64,000 bases of DNA from Candidatus Nanohaloarchaea archaeon (GTDB taxonomy: Archaea; Nanohalarchaeota; Nanosalinia; Nanosalinales; Nanosalinaceae), in contig JBDGRE010000005.1 in assembly GCA_042218325.1 (NCBI GenBank), forward strand, positions 25,428-89,427, given 5' to 3'. Positions 9,537 to 20,307 of this stretch are shown here, in pieces. A program made the translations under genes and the position numbers. The notes under the pieces are model-generated. The model had not been told where the DNA came from. It ran no database searches and was given only the letters and a program-made list of their open reading frames with translations. Every line of letters begins with the position of its first letter. Within the stretch, counting starts at the first letter, position 1.

Positions 9537-12482
9537 CTAACATTTGGAATAACCGCAGTCGGGGCACTTCTTGCAGCCTTCCTGGAGGACGAGCATGCCG
9601 CCGCAGTCGGGGCATTCGGGGTTGGCGCCGTCCTGAATGATGTCGGCGGCGTCAGCGCTTTTCTCGGCGGGTGTCTTGCCAGCGTTCTCGGTCTCGGTGC
9701 TCCCGTCCTCGTAGTCCTGGACGGTCTGCTGGGCCGTGTTGCCGCCGGAGAGGTGGCGTTTCATCGCCTCCGCTATCGCGTCCGGAACAGAGTGGATTTG
9801 TGTTCCCTGGTCCCAGGCTATCTGCGGTGAGCGGATGTCGTCGAGCTGGTTGACGACCTCCTCCGCCGTGGCGCCCGAGCGTAGTGCGAGCGAGATGGAG
9901 CGGCCGAGGGCCTGTGTGAACGACTCGGTGTAGCCGCCGCTCTTGCCGAGGTTGGCGAATACCTCGAAGACGCCCTGGTCGTCCTCGTTGACCGTGACGA
10001 ACAGGTCGCCGTACGCGGTCTCTATCTCCTGCGTGGTGCCGGAGATCATCTTCGGTCGTTCACGCGCTGCGCCGTTCTCGTCCATCTTGGAGTGGTCGAC
10101 CGTGCCGGAGGGCTCCGCGTCCGCCGTTTCAGGGCTCGAGGCCTCGACTCCTTCCTGCGAGATCTCCTGGTCGAGGTCTTCTTCCTGGACTGCGAGGTCG
10201 GTCTGTTCCGCGACCTCCTGGAACTCGTTGGACTTGAGCAGCTCTTCCGCACCTCCAAACTCGTCGACGAGGGCCGACAGCATGTCGACCTTGTCCATGT
10301 CCGTCTGGACGTTGTCGGCGTTCTGCTTCATGACCTCCGTCTCCCGCGTGCCGTCGCGGTAGACTGTCATGCCCTTGATGCCCTTGTCGTACGCCCGCAT
10401 GTACGCCTCGCGGACGTCCTCCTTGGAAGCGTCGTTCGGGAAGTTGCAGGTCTTGGAGATGCCGGAGTGGTTGTGCTTCTGGAACGCGGCCTGGATGTCG
10501 ACGTGCTCTTCAGGCTTGACCCTGTCCGCGGTCATGAACAGTTCCTTGACCGCGGGTGGGAGCACTTCGTCTTCGAGGGAGTCGACGCCGTCCCACTCGT
10601 TGTTGCGCATCTTCTCCTCGACCTCTTCACGCACCTTTTCTACGTCGATGTCGTTGGCCTCGAGGGCCTTGATGAAGTAGTCGTCGAACTCGACGAGCAT
10701 GTCCTCGCCCTGGATGTCCTTCGCGACGTTCTTGAAGTAGGCGACCTGGAAGATCGGCTCGCAGCCTCCAGAGGTGTTGCCTATCATCGATGTGGTTCCA
10801 GTCGGCGCGATGGTGACCGTGTTGTGGTTGCGGAGCTTGAGGCCGTCCTCGAACTCCTCAGGGTCGTAGCCCCCGCTCATCTTGTTGAACCACTCAGGGT
10901 ACTCCGTGGGTTCAGCCCACTTCGACTTCTCCCATTCGTCGAACTCGCCGCGTACGTCCGCGAGCCGGTGGCTTTCCTCGACCGAGAACTTGGTGATGAG
11001 TCGCTGTATCTCCTTTGCGGCTGCGACTGACTCGTCCGAGCCGTATCGGATGCCGAGCTGAATCAGCATCTGCGCGAAGCCCATGAGCCCGAGGCCTATC
11101 TTCCGCATCTCGCTGACCTTTTCCTCTATCTGCTCCAGCGGGAAGTCGGACATGGTGACGACGTTGTCGAGGAAACGGGTGCCTATCTTGGCGATGCGCT
11201 CCAGCTCCTCGGTGTCGAGAGCTTCCTGGATGTACTCCTGCATCGCGATGTCCAGCTCCTCCTCGTTCTCGTAGCTGATCTCGTGCTCCTCGCACCACTC
11301 GTGGAAGTTCAGGCCGAGGCCGTCGCCCTGGTCCTCCACCAGCAGCGACAGGTTGATGTGGCCGAGGTTGCAGGCCTCGTAGTTCTCGAGCGGCTGCTCG
11401 GCGCACGGGTTGGTGGCCTCCATCTTGTGCTCCGGGTGCTCCTCGACGTCGAACGAGTGCTGGTCGTTCGCCTCGTCGTAGACGTAGAAGCCTGGTTCTC
11501 CGTTCCTCCAGGCCCCGTCGACGAGTGTCTCCCAGATGAAACGGGCTGGAAGCGTCATGGTCTCTCCCGGTTCGAGGTCGATGTCGAACTCGTCCACCTC
11601 GTCGCCGAAGGTGTGGGCGAAGTCACGCCAGAAGTTGTCGTCCTTGCCCTGGTCGCTGCCCGCGGCCTCCGGGTACCAGTCCTCGTCGCGGTTGTAGAAC
11701 TCCGCGGTCTTCCGGGTAACGGTGTGAGGTTCGTCGTTGCGCGGGTTGATGAGGGTGTAATCCTCGTCGTTCTTGACCGCCTTCATGAAGTCGTGGGTCA
11801 GTCCGACCGAGATGTTGAAGTTGCTCAGGTTTCCTTCCTTCCTCTTCGATACTATGAAGCGGAGGATGTCCGGGTGGTCGACGCGCATGATTCCCATCTG
11901 CGCTCCCCTGCGTTTTCCGCCCTGCTTTATCGTCCCGCACATGGTGTCGAACACCTGCTGGAACGTTAATGGGCCCGAGGCGATTCCGCCGGTGCTTGAT
12001 ACCGGGTCGCCCTTCGGCCGCATCAGGTGGAATGGGTAGCCGACGCCGCCTCCTGTCTGGAATATCTTCGCCGCGTCATGGACCTTGGAGAAAATCGAGT
12101 CCATGTCGTCCTCGGGATGGACAACAAAGCAGGCGCTCAGCTGCTGTAATTCCGCTCCTGCGTTCATCAGCGTGGGAGAGTTCGGCATGAACTTGAGGTT
12201 GGTCATAAGGTCGTAGAACTGCTTCCATGACTCCTCGAAGCTGTAGTCGTCGTACTTCTTGTCCGGCTGCGCGACGTTCTTCGCGACGCGCTCGAACATC
12301 TCCTCCGGTGTCTCCGTTACGTTGCCCTCCTCATCCTTGAGGAGGTACCGCGCCGGCAGTATCCTTTCGTACGCGTTCTCCGTCAGTCTTTCCTCTACCG
12401 TGTCTCCGGTCACCCGCTTGACAGGTAGCTGGTAGTCAGATTTTTCGTTTATCTCGCCTGTTTCGGTAACAGTGTCAGTCAT
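9537..12482 (-). CDS. nrdJ: class II (adenosylcobalamin-dependent) ribonucleotide reductase
   Basis: [35 protein letters not shown]-terminal TSCPD-like domain and [14 protein letters not shown]. Confidence 0.97.
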   Translation of the reverse strand: MTDTVTETGEINEKSDYQLPVKRVTGDTVEERLTENAYERILPARYLLKDEEGNVTETPEEMFERVAKNVAQPDKKYDDYSFEESWKQFYDLMTNLKFMPNSPTLMNAGAELQQLSACFVVHPEDDMDSIFSKVHDAAKIFQTGGGVGYPFHLMRPKGDPVSSTGGIASGPLTFQQVFDTMCGTIKQGGKRRGAQMGIMRVDHPDILRFIVSKRKEGNLSNFNISVGLTHDFMKAVKNDEDYTLINPRNDEPHTVTRKTAEFYNRDEDWYPEAAGSDQGKDDNFWRDFAHTFGDEVDEFDIDLEPGETMTLPARFIWETLVDGAWRNGEPGFYVYDEANDQHSFDVEEHPEHKMEATNPCAEQPLENYEACNLGHINLSLLVEDQGDGLGLNFHEWCEEHEISYENEEELDIAMQEYIQEALDTEELERIAKIGTRFLDNVVTMSDFPLEQIEEKVSEMRKIGLGLMGFAQMLIQLGIRYGSDESVAAAKEIQRLITKFSVEESHRLADVRGEFDEWEKSKWAEPTEYPEWFNKMSGGYDPEEFEDGLKLRNHNTVTIAPTGTTSMIGNTSGGCEPIFQVAYFKNVAKDIQGEDMLVEFDDYFIKALEANDIDVEKVREEVEEKMRNNEWDGVDSLEDEVLPPAVKELFMTADRVKPEEHVDIQAAFQKHNHSGISKTCNFPNDASKEDVREAYMRAYDKGIKGMTVYRDGTRETEVMKQNADNVQTDMDKVDMLSALVDEFGGAEELLKSNEFQEVAEQTDLAVQEEDLDQEISQEGVEASSPETADAEPSGTVDHSKMDENGAARERPKMISGTTQEIETAYGDLFVTVNEDDQGVFEVFANLGKSGGYTESFTQALGRSISLALRSGATAEEVVNQLDDIRSPQIAWDQGTQIHSVPDAIAEAMKRHLSGGNTAQQTVQDYEDGSTETENAGKTPAEKSADAADIIQDGANPECPDCGGMLVLQEGCKKCPDCGYSKC

Positions 12483-12620
12483 TGTTGTTGGATCCCCCTT
12501 TGATGAGCATGAGTGAAGTGAAAGCTGTGTGAAGTGAACCTGTGAGTATGAGCTGTAAGCATCATTTCTTTTCGGCCTCCGAAGACCTCGGTCTTCTTTG
12601 TGTCCGAAAATCTACGATTT

Positions 12621-13061
12621 TCATCCATCCTGTAGGGCCTCGACTTCTTCCTGGAACGATTCCGCGTTTTCGAAGCTGTCGTACACCGATGCGAACCTGA
12701 TGTAGGCGACCTCGTCCCGCTTCTTCAGCGCCTCCTTGACGAACTCTCCTATCTTTTCCGCCGGGATTTCCTTGCGGTCGACCACGTTCTGCCGGACCTC
12801 TTCGACCGCCTCGTCGATACCCTGTTCATCGAGCTGGGTGTTCTCCGCGGCCTTCTCGATGCCGGACCGTATCTTCTCCTCGCGGAAGTCCTCCCGGGCA
12901 CCGTTTTGCTTCACGACCTTGACGTCGTACTTCTCCACGGTCTCGTAGGTCGTGAAACGCCGGTCGCATGAGGCGCACTCCCTGCGTCTCCTTACGCGTT
13001 CCTTCGATTCCCTGGTGTCGACCACGTTGGTCGAGCATGCTTCGCAGTACGGGCATTTCAT
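12621..13061 (-). CDS. nrdR: transcriptional repressor NrdR
   Basis: MKCPYC..VVDTR..RRRREC..C.RRFTTYE, ATP-cone, VAYIRFASVY. Confidence 0.97.
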   Translation of the reverse strand: MKCPYCEACSTNVVDTRESKERVRRRRECASCDRRFTTYETVEKYDVKVVKQNGAREDFREEKIRSGIEKAAENTQLDEQGIDEAVEEVRQNVVDRKEIPAEKIGEFVKEALKKRDEVAYIRFASVYDSFENAESFQEEVEALQDG

Positions 13062-13107
13062 CGCTTGGATACACCTGTATCTGTCTTTAACTCTTTGGTG
13101 CAGTGCA

Positions 13108-13155
13108 CCACTACATATAGGGGAGAATCTTTCCCCTACCCCCGTATATGTCGTG
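13108..13155. promoter_or_regulatory. tandem NrdR boxes upstream of nrdR-nrdJ
   Basis: CCACTACATATAGGGG (13108-13123) and CCCCGTATATGTCGTG (13140-13155), 32 bp apart, resembling the palindromic NrdR box. Confidence 0.65.
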
Positions 13156-13288
13156 CTTTCGCATTCTTCAATTGATGCCCTCCGCTTATTAACCCTTCCA
13201 TGTTGAGCGAGATTGAACTTTTTGAATAACCGTCAAAATGCTCCAGGATTCCGGGCTGTTTTAATTTTTCTCCCCCCTCCGGTTTTTC

Positions 13289-14137
13289 ATGGCGAACGGT
13301 CCACATTGCTCCGACGTCGCGCAGCGATACATACTGCAAGAGATGAGGGCTGTAGGGGCGGGAGCCGAGCTCAGGGAGGTGACAGATTTTTCATCGTCCC
13401 ACGATGGAGAGTTCGAATGGAGCGTGGGCGAGGTTTTCCGGGACAGCGTATTGAGAGATTTCGATGCGAAAGGGCACCGGGATTATCCGCTGGAGGAGCC
13501 GGAGTACGGCTTGAGAGCGCTGGACGATATCTATAGTATTATAGAGACGACTTCCGACGGGAGCAAGAGGCTGGAAGGTCTCCGCGCGCTCGACATCGGC
13601 TGGGACTTTCCCGTGGACGGTAGAACCGCGAGAGAATGGAAAAAGAACTACCGGGACACGGGACTCCTTGACAGAGAAGGAGAAGTCACGCCGGAAGACC
13701 GAGTCTTCCTCGACACCGATCCCCGCAACTACCAGCTTGAGGGCGTCGGCGTGGAGGATGTGGGAGAGGTTTACCGTGACCTCACCACGAAGAAAGTCGG
13801 GGAGAACCGGGCGCCGACCGGCCAGAAGCTGGAGGCGCTGTTCCTCTACAGTACAGGAATGAGCCACAAGGACGTCAGCCGGGCCACCGGGCTGGCTTAC
13901 AGGACTGTCAAGAGCTTCGCCTATACCATGCGGGATGAACACGGGATTTTAACGAACAGCTACAGGTTGACGCACGAGGGCTTCGAGTTCGCGAACATGG
14001 TGATGGACCAGCTCGACGGTCTGGAAGCCGCGACCGAGGAGAGGATAGACGAGGAGCATGGCGACGATTTGCGGGTCGCTGACTTGGAGGATTTCCGCGG
14101 GAACGGCTACATGGCGAGGGCGCTCGCCGGCAACTGA
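13289..14137 (+). CDS. hypothetical protein with C-terminal winged HTH
   Basis: GMSHKDVSRATGLAYRTVK..YRLTHEG. Confidence 0.55.
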   Translation: MANGPHCSDVAQRYILQEMRAVGAGAELREVTDFSSSHDGEFEWSVGEVFRDSVLRDFDAKGHRDYPLEEPEYGLRALDDIYSIIETTSDGSKRLEGLRALDIGWDFPVDGRTAREWKKNYRDTGLLDREGEVTPEDRVFLDTDPRNYQLEGVGVEDVGEVYRDLTTKKVGENRAPTGQKLEALFLYSTGMSHKDVSRATGLAYRTVKSFAYTMRDEHGILTNSYRLTHEGFEFANMVMDQLDGLEAATEERIDEEHGDDLRVADLEDFRGNGYMARALAGN

Positions 14138-14167
14138 TTTTTGAAGCTTTCACTTCATGGTTGTAAT

Positions 14168-15961
14168 ATGGCAGACGAAATCGTTCCCGACACATCGATA
14201 CTTATCGACGGAAAGCTCTCGGAACTCGCTGAGAGAGGCGAGATAAAGTCTCCTGTGATGATACCCGAGTTCGTTGTCGATGAGCTGGAGAACCAGGCCA
14301 ACCGCAGCCTCGAAACAGGCTACACGGGTATCGAGGAGATAGACACGATAAGAAAGATAGGGGAAAGGGAAGGTTTCGAGGTCAAGTTCACCGGAAGAAA
14401 GCCGACAGAGGAAGAGATAAAACTGGCCGACAACGGCCGCATCGACGCTCTCATCCGTGACCTCGCCGAGGAAAGAGGAGCGACGCTTTACACCGCGGAC
14501 GTGGTCCAGGGCAAGATCGCCCGGGCGAAAGGTCTCGACGTGAAGCTGTTCGAACGGGAGCCGGAGACGAAGTTCCCGCTGGAGGAGTACTTCGACGATG
14601 AAACCATGAGCGTGCACCTGAAGCAAGGGGCCGTGCCGAAGGCCAAGCGCGGCATGCCCGGCGAGTTCGCGCTGGAGAACATAGGCGACAAGAAACTGTC
14701 CCGCGGCAAGATGGAGCAGCTTATACAGGATACTATAGAGGCCGCCGAGATGTCGGACAAGGGCCTCATCGAGCTCCAGAAAGAGGGCGCGACAGTGGTA
14801 CAGCTCGGCCGTTACAGGATAGCTATCTCCCGGCCGCCGTTCTCGGAGGCTCCCGAGATAACAGCGGTGAGGCCGGTGGCGAAGGTCGGCCTCGAAGACT
14901 ACGACCTCTCCGAGAAACTGATGGAGCGGCTTGACGAGACCGCGGAGGGTATCCTCATCGCGGGGGCGCCGGGCCACGGGAAGTCTACGTTCGCGCAGGC
15001 GCTGGTAGAGCACTACGAGGAGCAGGGCAACGTCATGAAGACGATGGAGAAGCCGCGCGACCTCGACGTCGGCCCGGACATCACGCAGTACGCCGAGCTC
15101 GAGGGAGAGATGGAGAACACCGGCGACTTCCTGCTGCTTGTAAGACCTGACTTCACGGTCTACGACGAGGTACGGAAGACGAAGGACTTCGAGGTCTACA
15201 GCGACATGAGGATGGCCGGCGTCGGCATGATCGGCGTAGTCCACGCCTCGGAGGCCGTCGACGCGGTGCAGCGCCTGATCGGCCGGGTGGAGCTCGGCAT
15301 GATACCGCAGATCGTGGATACGGTCGTCCACATCGAGAACGCGGAGGTCGCGAAAGTCTACAAGCTGGAACTGACCGTCAAGGTTCCCGAGGGCATGACA
15401 GAGGAAGACCTCGCCCGGCCGGTCGTACTTATCAGCGACCTCGAGGGCGAGCCGCAGTACGAGATATACACTTACGGTGAGGAAACAGTCGTCATCCCCG
15501 TCGAGGCAGAGGGCCGTGAAACCGGTGCGCAGAGGCTGGCCCGGGACCAGCTCGAGCACGTGCTCGAGAAACGGGGTATAAAGGATGCGGAGATAGAATT
15601 CGTGTCCGACGACCAGATCCGGCTGCTCGTTGACGAGGACGACATCCCGCACATCATCGGCAAGGGCGGCGAGAACATCGACCGGCTGGAAGACGACCTC
15701 GGCCTGTCGATAACCGTCGAGCCACGGAAGTCGACGATGAAGAGCGAGACCGGCTTCGGTGTCGAGGAAAGAGGCAACTCGGTCATCATCTCGGTGGGTG
15801 AAGACCTCTCCGGCCAGGAAGTCGACGTCTACGACGGCGACGAGTTCCTGTTCACCGCGACCGTCGGGAAGAAAGGCGAGGTATCCGTCACCAAGAGCTC
15901 GGAGCTCGCATCCCGCATCCTCGGCGCGGAGGAAGCCGGCAGACTGGATGTAAGAGTGTAG
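14168..15961 (+). CDS. PINc/VapC-family ATPase (PINA) with KH domain
   Basis: PIN domain (VPDTS), Walker A GAPGHGKST, YDEVR, KH motif IIGKGG. Confidence 0.92.
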   Translation: MADEIVPDTSILIDGKLSELAERGEIKSPVMIPEFVVDELENQANRSLETGYTGIEEIDTIRKIGEREGFEVKFTGRKPTEEEIKLADNGRIDALIRDLAEERGATLYTADVVQGKIARAKGLDVKLFEREPETKFPLEEYFDDETMSVHLKQGAVPKAKRGMPGEFALENIGDKKLSRGKMEQLIQDTIEAAEMSDKGLIELQKEGATVVQLGRYRIAISRPPFSEAPEITAVRPVAKVGLEDYDLSEKLMERLDETAEGILIAGAPGHGKSTFAQALVEHYEEQGNVMKTMEKPRDLDVGPDITQYAELEGEMENTGDFLLLVRPDFTVYDEVRKTKDFEVYSDMRMAGVGMIGVVHASEAVDAVQRLIGRVELGMIPQIVDTVVHIENAEVAKVYKLELTVKVPEGMTEEDLARPVVLISDLEGEPQYEIYTYGEETVVIPVEAEGRETGAQRLARDQLEHVLEKRGIKDAEIEFVSDDQIRLLVDEDDIPHIIGKGGENIDRLEDDLGLSITVEPRKSTMKSETGFGVEERGNSVIISVGEDLSGQEVDVYDGDEFLFTATVGKKGEVSVTKSSELASRILGAEEAGRLDVRV

Positions 15962-16010
15962 CACCTCCTCTCGTCTTTTTATAGGAGCGGTAAAAACCAG
16001 TTCCTGTTGT

Positions 16011-16901
16011 ATGAAGAAGAAGAAGCTGGAGCTGTTATCGGGATCGACGGTCTTCCTGCTCTCAGTGGCCCTATTACTGTTTTTCAGGGGCGGTTCTACC
16101 TTGCTTCTGGTAGCTGTTTTTGCGGCCCAGTGGACCTCGATACTCGTGTTGATAGGCGCCGTTGACAGGTACTTGCTTGAAGAATCTGTCTTTGATATAG
16201 GCCCGAGAAAGCTATCGGAGCTACTTCTTGGGTCGATAATATTTCATGTCGGACTCGTCTTCTATGGCGGCGCAGCGATCCGGACGATGTGGTACTATCC
16301 CGGTCTTGATTTCCTGGTGTACGCGGCTCTTGCGCCTGTAGGTTACTGCCTCTACGGCCTGGCTCTCTACGGTCTTTACGAGACCGTGGAACGCGAACTT
16401 GAGCCAGTACCACGTGAGAATCACCTCGGAGGATACTATTCTTCGCTGATGAAACTTGAGATAGCTGCCGGTGTAGCAGGGGCAACAGTATCTACCTATT
16501 ACATTATCGACCTTGTGTTTACGCATCAGATAGCTCTCGGGGCGATACAGCAGGCTCCGGAACTGCAGCTGCCTCTCTGGTTCTTCTTCCTCCCCTGGTT
16601 ATCCATGTTCCTGCTTTTCGACGGCCTGTGTTACCTCAGTGGTAAGACCACGCTGACGCTGAAGACCATCAACAGGGACTTCAGCCCGGTGTACGCTATA
16701 CTGATAGCGAGTGCGATAGGGATTCTCATGATAGAGGTCGTGAACTCGCCTGTAGGCCTGTGGGAGTTCGTGAACTGGCCCTACCCGGATTTCAAGATAT
16801 TCGGTTTGCCGGGGCTGGTTTACGCAGTCTGGCCGCTGCAGCTACCTGCTCTTCTCGCCGTGATACGGTTGATTATGCCCGAGGGAGAACGAATCTGGTA
16901 G
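16011..16901 (+). CDS. polytopic membrane protein
   Basis: About 8 TM with an internal repeat (W.Y.P). Confidence 0.7.
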   Translation: MKKKKLELLSGSTVFLLSVALLLFFRGGSTLLLVAVFAAQWTSILVLIGAVDRYLLEESVFDIGPRKLSELLLGSIIFHVGLVFYGGAAIRTMWYYPGLDFLVYAALAPVGYCLYGLALYGLYETVERELEPVPRENHLGGYYSSLMKLEIAAGVAGATVSTYYIIDLVFTHQIALGAIQQAPELQLPLWFFFLPWLSMFLLFDGLCYLSGKTTLTLKTINRDFSPVYAILIASAIGILMIEVVNSPVGLWEFVNWPYPDFKIFGLPGLVYAVWPLQLPALLAVIRLIMPEGERIW

Positions 16902-16941
16902 ATGAAAGCTTTTTACAGTAGCCCGACGGGAGTTCAACACA

Positions 16942-18102
16942 GTGAGACAGCTCCAGGTAACGGTACCGGAGAAGTTCAGGGACGAGGCCGGCGAGATACT
17001 TGACGAGTATTCAAGCGATGTCAGCTCCAGCGAGGTCGAGAAGGACGACCGAAAAGCGGTGGAGTTCACTGTCTCAGCGGAGTCGGAGGATATCGACGAG
17101 CTCAGCGAGGAACTGAAAGATATCGAGGACCTGGAAACAGGCGAGCTGTCGATACGTGTGCTTGAGCAGGAGTCGCTTATAGAGAAAGGCCAGCAGACAC
17201 GGGGCTCGAGCAGCTCGCTTTCACAGGAAGAGCTCTACTCCAAGGCCCAGGAGTCCGCAGATTTCTCCGGCGCGCAGTGGGGGCTTATAGCGGTCTCGGC
17301 GGCGATAGCCGCCTACGGACTCGCTCTCGACAATGTCATAGTGGTGATAGGTGCGATGATGCTTGCGCCGCTGCTATCGCCTTTCGTCTCCGCTGCCATC
17401 TCGCTCGTTGTCGGCGATAGCAGCCTGATGAAGACCTCATTCGTGCACGGCGCCCTGAGCATACTTCTCGCCGTGGCGGTGTCCTTCCTGGCTGTTCTCC
17501 CGTTCCCCATAGGAGCGAACCCTACGCTGGAGCTGGTGGTTTCCTCCAACGTGCTTTCCGTTCTGCTGTCGCTTCTCGTCGGGGCTGCAGCTGCACTGTC
17601 GTTCGCTACCGGTTTGCGGGACCAGATAGCAGGCGTCGCTGTGGCCATAGCTCTCGTTCCACCTCTCGCGTCTATCGGTATAGGCCTGAGGATGGGAGAT
17701 TTCCTGTTCGTGGGCCGGGCGGCCACGGTGGCTGCGATAAACGTGCTTGCAGTCGTCATATCCGGCTTCGTGACGTTCAACCTTCTCGGGCTGAAACCAT
17801 CCACTTACTACAGGGAACGCGAGGCGGAGAAGATGAGGGCAGTGGTCCCCGCAGCATTCGTCCTGCTTGCGCTGCTGGCCGCACCCGTCGCCTATTCATC
17901 TTACCAGGGCTACCAGGACGTACTCGTGGAGCAGAAGGTCAGGAACTCTGCCAGCGACTACTTCGGCCAGGATCTTCTTGACGTGCGCTTCCAGGACGGG
18001 ACCGCTACCGTCATAGTCATCGGCGACCACAACGCAACGGAGTTCAGCCGCCAGGTCCCGCAGGACATCGACGTCCGTTTACGCGAGCTCCGCACCGGGT
18101 AG
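16942..18102 (+). CDS. DUF389/TIGR00341 family membrane protein
   Basis: VIGAMMLAPLLSP and GVAVAIALVPPL. Confidence 0.9.
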   Translation: MRQLQVTVPEKFRDEAGEILDEYSSDVSSSEVEKDDRKAVEFTVSAESEDIDELSEELKDIEDLETGELSIRVLEQESLIEKGQQTRGSSSSLSQEELYSKAQESADFSGAQWGLIAVSAAIAAYGLALDNVIVVIGAMMLAPLLSPFVSAAISLVVGDSSLMKTSFVHGALSILLAVAVSFLAVLPFPIGANPTLELVVSSNVLSVLLSLLVGAAAALSFATGLRDQIAGVAVAIALVPPLASIGIGLRMGDFLFVGRAATVAAINVLAVVISGFVTFNLLGLKPSTYYREREAEKMRAVVPAAFVLLALLAAPVAYSSYQGYQDVLVEQKVRNSASDYFGQDLLDVRFQDGTATVIVIGDHNATEFSRQVPQDIDVRLRELRTG

Positions 18103-18133
18103 TTATTTAAAAAAGCGCTGAAAAACCGGTGAT

Positions 18134-18490
18134 ATGGCTATTAGCCAGCTTATACTGGCCGTGAACACCGCAGGAACCCTTGCCATCGGCGCTATCTGCT
18201 TCTTCATCGTCTACACCACTTTCACGGGCATCGAGGACAGCGCGATACAGGAGTTCTCGAAACGGTTCATGATGGCGATAGCCGTGCTTATCCTGTACGT
18301 CTCTTACTTCACGATGTACAACGCCTTCCTGCAGGGCTCTACAGTCGCCCGCTACCCGCTCTACCTGATACTCGTCTTCGTGTTTATCTACATGATCTAC
18401 GCGGCCGTTGGATTCGAGAAAGTGGCAGAGTCTTACGGTATCTCGCAGTCATCCAAGTTGGAGAAGATGGAAGACCAGGAGATGGGATAG
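18134..18490 (+). CDS. three-TM membrane protein
   Basis: Hydrophobic; TTTAAAAA box upstream. Confidence 0.7.
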   Translation: MAISQLILAVNTAGTLAIGAICFFIVYTTFTGIEDSAIQEFSKRFMMAIAVLILYVSYFTMYNAFLQGSTVARYPLYLILVFVFIYMIYAAVGFEKVAESYGISQSSKLEKMEDQEMG

Positions 18491-18542
18491 ATGGTAGGGT
18501 AGAACGCGAAGGAAGGGAAAAAATAGAAGATATATGCTGGAG

Positions 18543-19715
18543 CTACCTGTGCTCCGTCCTCCTGTCGTGCTCGTCACGGATTATCCGGTTGAGCTCGTTG
18601 AGGGCCTCGTCGAGAGCGTCCATCAGTTCCCAGCCCTCCTCGTTTACCGCGGTTACGCCATACTCGCTGACTAGTTTCAGGTCGAGTTGCCAGCGGTGCT
18701 TCTTGCCGTCCTTCTCCGCCTTTTTTACACGGAGAGTTAGGTCCTGAGGCTTCTCAAGCTTGCGGCCGAGCGAGCCCTGCAGCTGGTTGCGGAGCTTGTT
18801 GTGGATGACTGCCTTCTCCTCTGGCAGGTCGACTCCTGTCAGCTGCACCAGTATGGTCTGCTGCTGTGCAAGGTCCGCTAGGTGGCCTATCAAGTCTTTC
18901 GACGTGATGATGGCCCCCGGGTAGCCGCTTTCCACGAAGATGATGTCGTCTTCACCGGACTCCTTCATCCTGTCAACGGCTTCCGAGGCCGGCATGTGGT
19001 CCTCGCTTGTCTGAGGGTTCTCGTGCATCAGCTGGTCCGCGGTTATGTCGGACATCCTGTCCTTTTCCTTCCCGCCAGCGATGTTGACCTCTTTCCTACC
19101 GGAACGGTCTCCTGACGTCCCTCCGGCTGACTGCTTCTCCCTCTTTATCATCATCCGGAGGATATCTATGCTGTCGATGATGCCTGCAAGTTCGCCCTCG
19201 CTGTCAAGGACAGGCACCCGGGAGATGTTGTTGTCAAGCATGGCGTGCCGGACACGGTCGAGCGAGTCGTCCTCGCTGACCGTCACAAGTTCCCGGGTAG
19301 CAAGCCTGCCGGTTTGAACGTCCTCAAGCTCGTCGACGCCGTCGAGCGCCTCTATGAACTCGCTGTCACCGATGACTCCCTCGAGCTTCCCGTCGTCGAG
19401 CAGTACAAGCATCTTCCGGCCCGAGTTGATGCGCAGGTCCGCTATGTCGACCAGGTTATCGCCTGCCTCGAACTCCGGCGGCTGGTGCATGACCTTGCCT
19501 GGCGCGGTTATCTCCGGGTTGAACTGGACGAAACGCACCAGTTCCCTGTAACTGATGGCTCCCTCGAAATCGCCGTCCTCGTCTACTACGGGGATGGCTC
19601 GGAGGTCGTTCTCCTCCATCCTGTTCTTTATCTGCGATATAGATTCCTCGGTCGTCGCGGTTACGTGCGACGTGTTCATGACCTGTTCCGCCGATATCTC
19701 GAAAGCGGAAGTCAT
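18543..19715 (-). CDS. tandem CBS-domain protein with C-terminal HPF/RaiA-like domain
   Basis: Two CBS pairs (AIPVVD..G; SRVPVLD..GII) and C-terminal EGWELMDALDEALNEL. Confidence 0.8.
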   Translation of the reverse strand: MTSAFEISAEQVMNTSHVTATTEESISQIKNRMEENDLRAIPVVDEDGDFEGAISYRELVRFVQFNPEITAPGKVMHQPPEFEAGDNLVDIADLRINSGRKMLVLLDDGKLEGVIGDSEFIEALDGVDELEDVQTGRLATRELVTVSEDDSLDRVRHAMLDNNISRVPVLDSEGELAGIIDSIDILRMMIKREKQSAGGTSGDRSGRKEVNIAGGKEKDRMSDITADQLMHENPQTSEDHMPASEAVDRMKESGEDDIIFVESGYPGAIITSKDLIGHLADLAQQQTILVQLTGVDLPEEKAVIHNKLRNQLQGSLGRKLEKPQDLTLRVKKAEKDGKKHRWQLDLKLVSEYGVTAVNEEGWELMDALDEALNELNRIIRDEHDRRTEHR

Positions 19716-19717
19716 TT

Positions 19718-20218
19718 TTAATCCACCAGGAATTTCTCGGGCTTGTCGTCCATGTCGAGGAAGTTGTCCGCAGCCTCTCGGATCTCTTTCGCGGATGACT
19801 TTCCGAACGCCATAACCTCGACCCGGCATCCTTCTGCCTTGAGGTGGTCGACGATGGCCGTGAAGTCACCGTCTCCCGTTACGAGGACGACCGTGTCGAG
19901 CTTCTTGGCCTGCTGCATCATGTCGACAGTCATGCCGAGGTCCCAGTCTCCCTTCTTCTGTCCGCCGTAGAACTCCTTCAGCTCCTTTATCTTGACCTCG
20001 TAGCCGATGCGGCGGAGTGCCTCGAAGAAGTCTTCCTCGTCAGGCGTGTCTGCCTTGATGACGTACGCGCTCGCTCTCACGAGGGCGCGGTTCATCACCG
20101 CCGCGTCGAGCAGTTTCTGGAAGTCTACCTTTGCATCGTATAGATTTTTAGCGCTGTAGTACATGTTTTGTACGTCGACGAAAACGCCGACTCTCTGGTC
20201 CTTGTGTATATCTGACAT
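19718..20218 (-). CDS. NYN domain (LabA/DUF88) protein
   Basis: FVDVQN, KGDWD, VTGDGDF, GCRVEV. Confidence 0.92.
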   Translation of the reverse strand: MSDIHKDQRVGVFVDVQNMYYSAKNLYDAKVDFQKLLDAAVMNRALVRASAYVIKADTPDEEDFFEALRRIGYEVKIKELKEFYGGQKKGDWDLGMTVDMMQQAKKLDTVVLVTGDGDFTAIVDHLKAEGCRVEVMAFGKSSAKEIREAADNFLDMDDKPEKFLVD

Positions 20219-20307
20219 CCTATTTTACCTCACAATGAGAAAAGCCGAAATTATATCGACTTGCAGGAATAGAGGCGAGGCACACACTTAAAAGCATAAC
20301 AGGGCTT

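Noticed and set aside
9537-12482. Intein in nrdJ
   Set aside because: The catalytic motifs are contiguous, no C...HN intein ends are evident, and the acidic inserts are short.
14150-15964. 604-aa minus-strand ORF and similar long antisense ORFs (e.g. 10092-11030, 53508-54479)
   Set aside because: These are shadow frames of well-supported genes, caused by GC and codon bias.
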